52,386 bases of DNA from Microthyrium microscopicum. Lineage: Eukaryota. Below the pieces are notes generated by a model. The model was given only the letters and a program-made list of their open reading frames with translations, was not told the DNA's origin and made no database searches. Each line of letters starts with the position of its first letter. Within the stretch, counting starts at the first letter, position 1. Shown piece after piece: positions 37,914 through 51,300 of the stretch. The stretch is from assembly GCA_010405405.1 (NCBI GenBank), contig MU004235.1, forward strand, positions 1,750,538-1,802,923. Direction: 5' to 3'. The position numbers and the translations under genes were made by a program.

Positions 37914-38321
37914 CTACACCTTAAACTCACTCCACCATCTCGCCTTATCTTTCAGCATCCCCTTTGAATCAAACTCAACACCTTCCTCCAAGAGCAGTCT
38001 CAGCTTCCCCTGCTGATTGATACCACTCGGCGCTGATTCCCAGTCACCCTTGTAGCCGCCAACATACCCCGTACTCGATATACATCGATGACACGGAATT
38101 TCAGGAGCTATAAAAACTGTTAGTACATACGATATACGTCAGCTGTGAATTGTGTAGGTACCGAAAGGATTGACGCGAAGCGCACCACCGACAGCTCGTG
38201 GCGCAGAGTCTAGTGCTTTTGCCATGGCTGCGTATGTGGTAACTTTTCCTGCTGGGATTTGTTGGAGGAGGGCGTAGACTTTTTCTTGGAATGGAGATAC
38301 GGTGGTGGCTTTGATGGCCAT
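37914..38321 (-). CDS. O6-alkylguanine-DNA alkyltransferase (MGMT/Ogt C-terminal domain only), 117 aa; exons 38321-38162, 38107-37914
   Basis: FQEKVY..IPAGKVTTY..APRAVGGALRVNPF, then APEIPCHRCI..GYVGGY after splicing; the active-site PCHR is present. Confidence 0.9.
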
Positions 38322-39866
38322 GTTGGGGTATTGGTGTGCGAGTATCGTGATGGAGTCTTGGAAGTACCGTGTCTTTCGTACTGAGGTTTGACTTTGATAT
38401 TTTTGATGTGATGAAATTGTACTTGGTAAGTTGGCTCTTCAATGCTCTTTATGCTGGGACGCGTAGGAGAAGGCACGTTCGTGACACGATCTCACGTGGA
38501 TTCTGTTGCTTTCAAAGTGACCACTTAGAATGCTTCATGTCTACACTTTGGTGACACATCTTGGCTTGGAATGATTACTTAGCAACAAACTTATTATGTT
38601 CATTTTGCTTAAGGCTAGGTAGTATGACTGGTTTGGTCCTTTATGAACTGTAAAATGGCGGTGTCGTGCATGTTCCAGTCATTGGTCGAATATCGCGCAA
38701 AACCGGGGTAGATATTTTATCTGAAAATGACAGCAGAATCGAAAGAGGTTTTGAAAGTGGCGCATCGTAGATATCAATATTCAATAGATGTTTTTCCAGG
38801 CTTACTATGAAAGTAATGGTACCGTACAAGTAGCTTTCAGCAGTGAGTGGCCTCGGCAGCTGATATTAAAATGCATAGAACCATAGTATGTATTATCCCA
38901 ATCTTGGTTCCTGAATTGAAAAGAGCCTCAACATTGAAATGGCAAATCGGGGAGCTCGCCGATGTCGACCGAGGCCTCGGCATTGGATCGTGGTGGATCA
39001 TATTAGGGTCCAAGTGTTTGCTACCTCTTACTACATGTACTAGGGAATAAGAGAAGGTAATTACAAGTTCGTCAAATGAGTCAGATGACAAGATTCAAAC
39101 GAACAGCACAATGGATAGAGGGAAGTTGAGGAATAATGTTGAGAAGCCACTGGCAGCGGCTCCGCGTTTGATGAGTCGCTATTTTCCAGAATGTGGGGAG
39201 AATTCGGATGAAGGGTCTGTTATTATTAAGGCCCATGAGATTTGCTGGAAAGCTGGGGGCGTGGCGTGGGGCCATGCATTGCTCGTGGGAGTACTGGGAT
39301 ACCAATGATTTCTGTGGTACTTTGCTACAATCACAAGTCAACTGAAAAGACAGTTTATCGCTCTAGCTTGGTGGTTTGATAATGAAACCAGGGGATATCT
39401 TGTAAAAGTACTCCGTAGACACATTGCTGTAGGCTTATGACGGGGCAGATTGTTATAAGCTCCTCGTGTCCCTAAGTTTCAAGGAAAGGAGTAGTCAGCA
39501 GCACATGAATTGATAGCAAATATTGGTAGACTTTCCCAAAATTGGGAGGTTTGGAAGGCGGATAGCTGGATCGTCAAGTTCGAATGGAGACTAGCTCGCT
39601 TCACTACGGAAGCTGGCCCTGGCCCATCTTGTCCCTGATGCCAGACTGCCACTACAGCTCCAAGTTTTTTTCAATCACCAACATCCCCTTCTCAAACAAG
39701 ACCACAATTGCCTCGTCTTTACCCTCACAAAATGTTCTTGTGATTATTACTCTCCTCTTTTCCTCCTTCTTTTATTCCTCTTCCACTCCCTCCTTGCGCT
39801 TCCCCTAGCTCTTGAGCTATTTCTTTGTCAGCTGCCAGCTTCCATACCTCAAAACTCACCGCCAAT

Positions 39867-42083
39867 ATGGCGACCGTAACGGATGCCGTTAAAGACACCC
39901 TCGTCGGCTTCACCACCGAATCTCCAGTCGCTAGCGAGACTCGTTCTGCCTTTATGAAACATGCATTGAGCGACGAGAATGGCGAATCATACTTGGACGA
40001 GTCTCGCTTTGTGGACGTGATTGCTCCCGACACCGAGGACTATGTAAGCTCGTTTGCACCCATTGACTGTCTCAACCCCTGTCCTAATTATCACAACAGC
40101 GCAAGATCAAGCGAGAACAATATGCTCTGCTCTTTCGAGTCGCCGATCGACGTCAAACTGGCCGTGTTACCCTCCAAGATTGGGCATATTTCGAAAACCT
40201 CCTTATGAAACCTGATGCCGAATATCAAATCTCTTTCCGCCTTTTCGATACCCGAGGCGAAGGCGTGATCAAATTCGACGACTTCAAACGCCTTTACGAC
40301 GCCAATAAATCACCAACCAGCTTACCATTTGATTGGAACTCGGAATGGGCATCGCTTTATACTGGTGGCCGTAAAAAGCGCCATGACTTGACATATCACC
40401 AATTCTCACAATTGCTTAGAGGGCTTCAAGGAGAGCGTGTTCGACAAGCTTTTCAACATTTCGACAAGAATGGCGACGGGTACATTGAGCCAGAACAATT
40501 CCAACAAATCATTGAAGAGACCGCCAAACACAAGCTATCCGACCATCTCCTAGAAAACCTTCACACACTCATCAATGCTACCGGTGGATCCAAAATTTCA
40601 TATGCGACAGTCCGCGCGTTCCAGAATGTCATCCAATCTTTTGAACAAGTCGAACAAATCATCCGAACTGCCGCAACACAAAGCTCAGATGGAACAATCA
40701 CCCGAGAAGAATTTCTCAACGTATCAGCTCGATCTCGACGATTCTCAAATTTCACGCCGATGGAAACCGATATCCTTTTCCATTTTGCAGGCATGGACAG
40801 CGAATCTGGGCGACTTGGTCTTGGTGCATTTGCCAAAGTGCTCGATGCTTCGTGGTCACTAGGAAATCAGCAAGATAACGCACCTTCTGCCTCTTCTAGA
40901 TCGGGTTTCATGCATCAAGTCTTGGAATCAGCGCATCATTTTGGTCTGGGCAGTATTGCTGGTGCTTTTGGTGCTTTCATGGTATATCCCATTGATTTGG
41001 TCAAAACCCGTATGCAAAATCAGCGTGGTACGGCAGGTCATTTGATGTACAAGAATTCCCTGGATTGCGCCAGCAAGGTCTTGAAGAATGAGGGCGTGCG
41101 AGGCTTCTACTCCGGAGTCTTGCCGCAGATGGTCGGCGTTGCGCCAGAGAAGGCCATCAAGTTGACAGTGAATGACTTGGTTAGAGCGAAATTCACAGAC
41201 AAAGAGACGGGAAAGATTTGGTATCCATATGAAGCGTTGGCAGGCGCATCTGCTGGTGGTTGTCAAGTTGTAAGTACAATGTTCTCATGGGGTTCTAGAT
41301 CTCAGTCCGCAGACATTGATGACTGACATTTTCTGCTAGGTTTTTACCAATCCGCTAGAGATTGTAAAGATTCGGTTACAGGTGCAAGGAGAGTTGGCAA
41401 AAGCCGATGCGAATACTCCAAAGCGGTCAGCCATGTGGATCGTGCGAAATCTCGGTCTCAAAGGTCTCTACAAGGGCGCATCCGCCTGTCTAGCCCGTGA
41501 CAGTAAGTCTTCCTGATCTGCTTTGAATTCCAACAGTTGACGCCTTTCAGTCCCGTTCTCTGCCATATACTTCCCAGCCTACAACCATCTCAAGAGTGAT
41601 TTCTTCGGCGAATCCCCTACCAAGAAACTCGGCGTCCTCCAACTCCTCACCGCCGGTGCCATCGCCGGTATGCCCGCCGCCTACCTAACCACACCTTTCG
41701 ACGTCATCAAAACCCGCCTCCAAGTAGAAGCCCGTAAAGGCGACCAAACATACACATCCCTCCGACACGCAGCAAAACTCATCTACGAGCAAGAAGGCTT
41801 CAAAGCTTTCTTCAAAGGTGGGCCCGCGCGTATCCTAAGATCTTCACCGCAATTCGGCTTCACGCTCGCTGGCTATGAAGTGTTACAAAATCTCTTCCCA
41901 CTTGGCGGCAGCACGGATGATCCAACGATTGTTCAGCCTGTGCTGGCGGAATCGAAAGCCTCATTGCCGTATTTGAGGAGTAGAAATGCGCTGAAGATTC
42001 TGATGGATCTGGATGAAGGTTTCGGAATACCAAAGATTCCCAAAGGCCAGACCTGGACGCTGCCTACTGCACCCCGGAGTTAG
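39867..42083 (+). CDS. AGC1: Mitochondrial aspartate-glutamate carrier with EF-hand N-terminus (Aralar/citrin-like); introns 40044-40099, 41270-41339, 41503-41550
   Basis: EF-hand [10 protein letters not shown]; carrier signatures [25 protein letters not shown] and [35 protein letters not shown]. Confidence 0.93.
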
Positions 42084-45000
42084 AAACCCTGGGATATGAC
42101 CTTTTGGCGCGCTCCGAAGCAGAGTCTGAGAGTGGTGTGGAGTGAAGGGTACGATGGGCAATTGACGTCTATGGCTCGTAATGGGGAGCTTTAGACCGTC
42201 GACTGTTCGTCTCCAAGGCGAAAGAGGCGAACGGTTTGGATGGACGCCGTCGCTGGCACCTCCAGTTATCCTTTGAGGTTTTGGCATTGAATTCGCTTTC
42301 ACGACTGGCGAATGATATGGTTCTTGTTTCTACGGTTGGCGTACAAATTGGCGTGGAGGTGTTGATACTCACTCTGGTAAGTCCTACTTTGTTTCCCTGT
42401 GACTGCCCTGTACTTGTGCCTGTTTGTACCGTGATGTGATGCTAGATGAGCGAGATTGATGACTGCGGAATGCGGATTGGGCAGGCGGCTGAAACTGCGA
42501 TTGTAATTTTTCTAGTCAAGATGACATTTTGGGCTGTAAGGTCAATTCCACATGGTTTTGCTATCTTTCTGCCATTGCTTTACATACTGTTTTCTCTAGT
42601 ACCTACCTAGACATTCTTTCGTATTCTATTAATCCTGACGCAAGCTTTAGGTCGACCTTTTGGTTACCCTCCTTCTACACGCTGTGGTATTGGATTCGTT
42701 TTGTACACTTTTAGCATTGCATTGGTTTAGGAATTGCTTTCTTCTTTGTTCTTCCCTTGTCTTGCTTGTATTCTGGACGCTTGACTGAAGTACAGTCTCG
42801 CAATAGGCATACGGCTGGATTGATGCGATTTGGCGGGCGAAGCGGCATTTAAAATATACATTTACAATGCTCTTAGAGGCTTAGAAGCGGTTGCGAATGG
42901 CTTGAGTTGGATTGTAGATAGAGCGTCAGATCAACGATAGATGGATCTTAGAAATGGATGGCCAGATGATAGAATAAAGCGGAGAGCGTCTGCATGAAAG
43001 TCGCACTTGTATTACTCCATATCGTGGCTTCTAGCTTCTACTTACGGTGATGATTAGGCTGAGAGTACATCACTCCCAATGCCAGTGCTTCAGATCCAGC
43101 ACGCAATCAGCAATGCAACAACTCCAATACTAATCCAAAGGATCAAATCCATCACACAGAAACAGAATCAGCACATCCATCTCGCCAGTCGCCACCAGGA
43201 CCCGACTTCCCTCCCTCCATCTACTACTCTACCTACACACTTCATTCCTGAATATCCCGCACGAATCCGCCTCGCGCAATACTTCCATCCCATTCGCCCA
43301 AACCACAAAGCTCTTCCACAAATATTCTGCAGCTTCCCTCGTCAATGGATGGGGGCGCGGCTCAATCCCGCATACAGTACATGCACTGCAACGAGCTACG
43401 AAAATCCAGCGAACCCGCAGATGTACATGCTGAAAAGCACATGTAACTGGCCCCTGAAAATAGTATCTTTCCACGCAAATACAAGTTTGAAAAAATCGTT
43501 CAGCCGCATAGTTAAATCGCGACGGGAGCCTCCACTATTATATTATGTTATTCATGTGTGGATACATATCTTTGCGCTTTCACCAGCTACAGCCTACAGC
43601 CTAAGACTCACGAGCTATTCATCGGGAGGAGAAGGGGACAACTACTTAGGTAACCGTTTGTTTTTGATCTACGGGCGGACCGCGCCGACGAAAAGTTGGA
43701 ATTTGTGGTTTGTTTCGTGAGACTACTGGACTACGGTACCTTAATGGGAGGCAGGTGGAAGCTGATCTGATTGATGGGTCCCACGGGTTAGTGTGTATAA
43801 TAATGGGCATAAGTGGTTTTTTCAGCCCAGAGTTTAGCTGAAGATACGCTTCGTGTTTCCGTAAGAAGGAGGGAGTACACAAAACTATCGCGTAAACAGA
43901 GCTGTGGTACGGTTATCTTTGATCTTGGATAAGTGTGGTTGTTAGCGAGAACAAGACTCTACCAAACCGACCAGCATAAGCTTTGTTGAAATTTAACTCC
44001 ATGCAAGAGCCGCAAATTGAGACATTGAACCAACGTAAAAAAACTCTGGGGAAGCCCGTAAATCGCATGGATACTAGAATTGATCATGTGTGGGCACTTG
44101 CGCTGCTCTCGATTGGAACTGGGGAAAGTTGTTTGCAAAGAATAAATATATTGGGACTGCAATATCAAGAAATATATTGACCGTGCTTTGAGTTCTCATG
44201 CTTTCAGAATCAGAGCGGACAGGGGGTTTAGCAGATGCCAAAAGAAATGCGGGGAAATAGATGAATTGTATGAAAGTATATCCGTTAAGAGTATGGTTTG
44301 CTGGTAGAGCTAGAGGTTTGGAAATAGGGGATGTACCCTCGTAAAAAGTCTCAGGGCTGGACTGGTTACTGTTTATGGATCGGGATATTTTGGATATGAT
44401 GCTAGGTCGTGTTCTATTGTTAGTAGCAAGTTTAGATTGGATTGCTGGATCTCAAAGCTGTCTCTACTCTATCAATTCCTTTACTCCTGAGTTTTGAGAC
44501 CTGTGTCCTGGCAATGTGAACGTCAAGCGCTGTAGCTGTAAAGTTGTGCCAACGTAATGGAAATCATGCAGCTATTTTTTCCAAGGTGAAGTGGATATAG
44601 TACTTCTAGAGCAGCTTGTATCTGTGCTGACTTTAAGCTCGAGATGTGTGGTGGAGAAATTGGGGCATTTTCTTTGGTGCTAAAATCGTTAGAGTATATC
44701 CAGGGATATCTTGATGGTCGATTATCCATGGCAATCATGGGATGAGCTCCGGGCAGACCAATGGTGGGTGTTTGTTGGGAGGATGCACAGCTGGAACATC
44801 CCCAACAGAGCCTCCCGCAGTGTGGGATGATCATCTCTTGTCCACGTTGAGGCGCATCGTGACGTGGTTAATCACCTATCAAGTATCGACGCCCGAAGTC
44901 GCATCATCTTGATTCCTGGAGGATTGGATACATAGGTATCTAGAGAGTTCAGAATCAGGGCCAGAGGTGGCAGGATAAGAGATGATGTATTTTATTCAAG

Positions 45001-45399
45001 TAGGTCACTCGTGCGTAAAGGAGATGGCAGGTCGCAAGATTTGAAAAAGGGTGGTCAGGCTGTGATAGGCAGCTAAGACTCTAAGAGAAGGCAGAGCGGG
45101 GTTTATTATCAACGGTGTGGTTGCTTTTTAGAGCCGTGCACGGTTCCACGAATCCAGTCAAGCTGATGAGCCGCAAAGCTGGCGCAAAGTCCTGCAGATT
45201 CCTCTGAGGCCAAATCGTCCTTTTCGCCTGCTATACAGCCGCATCTAACGCCAATCAGCTTAGCTTGATGCCAGAGACACACCGGGGCCATGCTCAACAA
45301 GCCAAGCTCCCTCAAAACACCACTCGGATTGGACGGCGCATGCTGAAGAGGGCGAGATGAGTACAGGAGGGGGTCGCGCGCGGGGCCCTGCTCCGCTAA

Positions 45400-48300
45400 C
45401 CCTTAAAAATGTCTAGGCAATTTTAGCATATATAGCGTGAGTTTAAGAGTATGCTAAATATAGGCCCGCGTATATAATATAGCTTATAAGAGTAAGTAAG
45501 AAGTACTTAAACCTAAACTTAGTCTAGCGTATTTAATTAAACTCTTAAGGAGCTTAGTATTATTTTAAAGGTCTTTTAAAATATTACTTTAATACGTGCT
45601 CTTTAGCTTTATATAAAATAAATATAGTAATATAGTATATATTAAATATACTAATTTATATTATTTTTAACTATTACCTAGTTTATAATAACTAAGTAGT
45701 ACTAAGTATTTATAAGATAGTATATACTAAACTAAATTAAAGAAGTACTAAGTTAAACTAAAGAGTTAAAGATATATTTTATAATAAAAGCTTATAAGCT
45801 TAGTATATAATATCTAATATAAGTTTTTAAAAGTAGTAAGTATAGAAGAATAATTAAAGCTTTAAAGTATTAGCCTATATCTAGAATATTTATTTTAAGA
45901 AGTTATAGTAAGAAAGTAAGTATAGCATATACTAAATAATAAATATTAAGTTTAAATAATTAAAACTTACTAAATAATTATTTATAAAAGTTAGTAAAGT
46001 AAGTATATACTTATTTAGGAAGTACTATCTAAACTTCTATTATAAAAGTTTAGTATTTATAAGCTAAGCTTAAGCTTATTATAAAATCTCTTAAGCTATT
46101 TAACTTAACTTCTTTCTTTAACTTTTTCTATATCTTTTAATATACTTACTAAAAATTTATACTTTATTAGCTTATACTAATTTTAAACTATCTACTTACT
46201 TTCTTTTACGCTTTTAGCTTAGTTTTATTCTAAATATAAGCTAAAGATATAGTAGTCTTTATAATTAATTAGGCGTAGTTTTATTTAGTTACTATTTAGA
46301 TAGCATAAAACTTTAATTCTACTATTTATATTTAAGTTTATAATAAGCTTAGTACATACTAGTAAATATTTAAAAACGTATTAATATAAATAGGTTTAAT
46401 TATTAATCCTTATTTAGGCTATATTCTACCTAGTTTATAAAATTAAGTCTAGTACGTACTAGCTATAAATTAACTTAAATAGCTTTCTATACTAGCTACT
46501 TATATATATCTTTAAGTTATTATAAGTTCTCTAAGTATACTTTAGCTAAGTTATTTTAAGATAGTATATTTTAAGCTAGTTATATACTAGGCATAGACTA
46601 ATATAGAAATAGTTTAGAGTAATATTCTACTAGGCTTTATTAATATAAATATATAAGTAAGAGTATAGGTTAGAATTAAATTATGCTTAGTACGTACTAA
46701 TAATATAATAGTTACTAAGTTAAAGATAATTCTATAGCCTTAGGAGTAATATATAGTTAGGTTATTAAGAATAAAATAGGTATAAGTTTCTTTAGTATAT
46801 ACTTAATATAAATAGAACTAATTAAAGAATTTAAATACGTTATTATATTTATAAGACTTATTCTAATTATAGTAAGTTATAGACTAGTCCTATACTAAGC
46901 CTATACTAACTCTATAGTAATAAAATATAGATTAACCTAAAATATACTAAAGCTAATATTAGCTTCTATAGAATAATAAGTTTAAGATTAAGTTGTACTA
47001 AGTATATACTAATCTATTAATACTCTAGCTTACTAGATCCTTTATTATAATTAAGATACTACCTAATTTATAAATAAGCTTAGATAAATTTATATTATAC
47101 TTAATATAGGCTAAACTAATATTTTATAGCTATAGCCCTTATAGTAGTATAATTAAAAAATCTACTAAGATGCTAAGGATATTACGTAAGTTATAATATT
47201 TTAAGCTAAGTACGTACTAACTATAAAAGGGCTATTAACTATATCTTCTACTTAATCTATGCTAGTTCTTTATTCTATTATTATCTAAATTATAGTTATA
47301 CTCTAAAACGTAAAGTAAGCTAATAAATTTTTCTACTTATAATAAGTATATACTAATTATATAATAGAAGAAAGATTCTTTAAGACCTACTCTACTAGTG
47401 CTAAGTAAGTTAATCTATAATAACGTTAAGCTTAGTACGTACTAACTAGTATATTAGTAGTACTTCTAGGACCTTTAGGACCTTTACTAGCGCTAAGTAA
47501 GTTATTCTAGGCTAGATTAAGCTTAATATATACTAACTAATATGTTAGTAGTACCTCTAAGATTATTAGAACTTCTACTATTACTATATAAGTTATTCTA
47601 CGCTAGATTAAGCTTAGTACGTACTAACTAATATATTAGTAGTACCTCTAAGACTTTTAAGACCTCTACTATTACTATATAAGTTATTCTAGGCTAGATT
47701 AAGCTTAGTACGTACTAACTACTATAATAGTAACTCCTTTAAGACCTTTACTACTACCTTTGCTACCTTTAGCGCTACATACTAGTTATAAGTAAAATTA
47801 AGTATAATAACTTATAGTAAGTACGTACTAACTAATAATTATAACGTCTAGATTTTATAAGTATAAGGGTAAGGTACCTATTATCTAAACTATAGCTTTA
47901 AAGTATCTACGTTATAAGTTATATTTAGCTTATATAAACCTTATACTAACTAGATTATTAAGGAACTTAGGCTTAAGTATAGTATATGCTAAAGGTTATA
48001 AGAGTTTATTTTATTATTTAGCTAGGTAATATTAGTAAGCATAGGCTAGATATAGGTAAAAAGATTTATAATATTATAATTTATAAATAATAAAGTAAGT
48101 ATACTAGCTTATGCTAAGTAGAAGTAGCTATATAATATAATAAGTAGTTAATAGTTTATTTATACTTAGCTTAAGCTAAATATAAAGAACTTAACTATAA
48201 TTTTTTTCTAAACTAAGTAACTTACTAAAATAAGATTATAATATTTAACTATAATACTTAAGTAGATAAGTATAATAATAGTAATTTAGTATATACTATA

Positions 48301-51300
48301 TATAAATATAAATAATAGAAGTATTATAATATAAAAAGATCTTATAGTAAATACTACTATATACTAATTATAGGTAATATAAAGTAGTTTAAAGATTAAA
48401 ATATATTTAATTTAGAAAATAGTTACTTTATACTAAGATAGTAACTTCTTTACTAGTACGTATATAGCTTATAAATATACTTTACTCTTTATCTTTTAAC
48501 TAATCTAATAACTTAAAAAATAATTACTATAATTTTCTACTTAAGCTAAAGGTATACTATATAAGATTAAAACTTAAAATAAGTATATACTATACTATAA
48601 AAATAGTACTTATAACCTAAATACTATTATAAGAACGTCTACTCTACTAGTAAGTTTAGGCTATAATAAATATATACTAGCTATAATTTAATTAGTTATC
48701 TTCTACTCTTTAGCTTAATAGTAGTTAAGTAAGATTAGAGTTCTTATATTTAGTATACTATAAGTACGTACTAATAGCTTTTTAGAATATATATATTATA
48801 ATTATTTTATAATTACTACGCCTAGTTAAGTATATATTATACCTCTACTTAGTACGTATTACTAAAAACTAACCTTTAGCTTTACTACTATATTTATACT
48901 ATATATTTAGAACTTTATAAAGTAGAAAGTATACTACCTAAGAATTACTTATATTTAAAATAAGCTAACGCTATATTAGTTAGTACTTCCTCTATAGTCT
49001 CTAAAATCTAATAAGTACGTTTAGCTAATATATATCTAGTATAGGCTAATTATAAATAGTCTTTATTAATTGCTTTATAAACTAGTTTATTAGCTAGATT
49101 AAGGCTTTAGCTTTATTAGAGACTATTCTCTATAAAATAAAATATATATAATTAGTATATGCCTAGCATAGCCTCTTTAATATAGCGTAATAGTCTAATA
49201 AATATAGAATTTATTCTTAGTATATACTATAAGTACTTAATATAATTAAGTAGCTTATTAATTTTATTAATTTAAATATAGTACGTTATAACTTAATTTA
49301 GTATAGAGGTAATATATACGCTAATTATAAAGTAGTTAATAAAATTCTTATTTACTTATAGCTTATACTTAACTTATTTAACTTAGAGGTTTAATTAATA
49401 GCTTTAGTAACATTACTATAGTAAATATTAATATCTAGCCTTAATAGTACATATATAATATATACTAACTAGACTAAAAGTAAACCTTATCTAAAGATAG
49501 TCTTACTTACGTAGCTTAGTATAAATAATAAGCTATACTTAGTATATATATAATATAGTATAATAAGTACTTTACTTCTATGTATTAAAGACATTACGTC
49601 TTTTTCTATAATAACTAGTATATACTTATTATAAGCTAAAGCTAGACTTAGAATAAGTAAGACAATCTATAACGAACTATAACTTTTCTTTAAGTTCGTA
49701 GCTCTTATATTAACTATAAAAGCTTAATAGACTAGTAGCTACACCTATTAATTATAGTAAGTATTCCTTCTATATTAATATATAGTAGCTAATAGACTCT
49801 TACTTATATATATAGTATACCTTATACTTACTTTATTAAGTAGTACTAGCTTACTTCTACGTATATATATAGTAATTAATCTTAAATTACTTATCTTAAT
49901 TAGTACGTACTATATATAAAATTAATTCTTTCTTCTCTTTTAGTCTATATTAACTTTATAAAACCTTAAAAAGTAAGAATTTACGTATTATACTTATACT
50001 TATTACTAGCATAATAATAATCTATATAAGCTAAGCTTATATCTATAGTCTACTTAAAGTATTACCTCTTCTTTACTTCTTTAACTATTCTATATCTTTA
50101 GCTTAAGCTTATTTTAAGCGTAATAACTACCTATTTTAATTTCTTAGCCTAAGCTAAAATTATACGTAGCGTAGATTAGTACTATAAGATTCTTAAGAAT
50201 CTTTCTAGAAATATATACTTAAAATAGGGATATATCTATAGTAAGTTTAGTATATATTATAGCTCTTTTTATACTTATGCTAATATTATACTTATAAGTC
50301 TAATTAAATATCTAAATTCTAAATATATCTTATTAATAAGTAAGTTTTTATATTAAGGCTATAGTTAGTACGTACTAAGCTTATAATAAGTAAAACTAAT
50401 TATACTTTGCTTAAGCTAAATTAATAGGGTAGCTATAATAGTTATAAAGAATAGAGTAATAGTTATAATAGTATAGATATAGGCTTAGCCTATATAAAAG
50501 CTATGCTAATTTCTAAATAGAAAATGATAAGCCTTTTACTAATTTAGTTAAGCTCTCTATAGTTTTAGGCCTATAAGTTTAACTACTATATAGGACTAGT
50601 ATATACTAACTATAATCTAAATAGTTATTAGTATATTAATAAGGAAAGTATAATCTATAGTTATATTATTAAGATATCTATAAATATATATATACTTTAC
50701 TTATACTTAACTTATTACTAATTAAGTAGCTTTGCTACTACTACTAAGTTTAATATTCTAATTTTAGTAAGTCTACTCTACTTATATCTAGCACGTGCTT
50801 ATTTTTTATTAGTAGCTAAAGATACTAAGTTATCTAACTAGTTTATTATTAAGGTTAATGCTTCTTACTAGTAAGTATAACTTCTACTTAGGGCTTATAT
50901 ATACTAACTATATATAGTATCCTTACCTCTATAATTCTAGTTTAGGATTAGAAATCCTAATAGTTTATTAATAAGCCTAAGTAAGTATAGCTTATACGTT
51001 ATATATATTAGACTAATATTAATAGTTATATTTATAATAATTCTCTAATCTCTAATATTTATAATAAGTTAAAGAATTTAGTATAAGTAAAATACTTATA
51101 TAGGCTTAATATATATTAAACTTAAGTAGAAAAAATAATTTTACTTTTTATAAACTTATTAGTACTTATTTATTCTACTATTATAAGCTTAATTATATTA
51201 AGTTTATATATAGTATAAGTTAAACCTTTACTTAATTTAAGCTAAGTATATACTAATATTAATCTAGTAAAAAGTTATTATTCTACCTTTTTCTTCTACT

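Noticed and set aside
43079..43720. 213-aa ORF near the right boundary
   Set aside because: No recognisable domain or gene-like composition; cannot be supported without expression or homology.
7128..45402. Telomere-like GTTAGGG/CTAACCC words and an inverted 8-mer (CGCGACCC/GGGTCGCG) near the two island borders as termini of one giant element
   Set aside because: Single short matches with no extended inverted repeat or target-site duplication. No recombinase or transposase gene in the island, and most of its content is housekeeping genes.
47405..47730. CRISPR-like repeat-spacer array
   Set aside because: Eukaryotic context, the 'spacers' are themselves similar to each other, and there are no cas genes.
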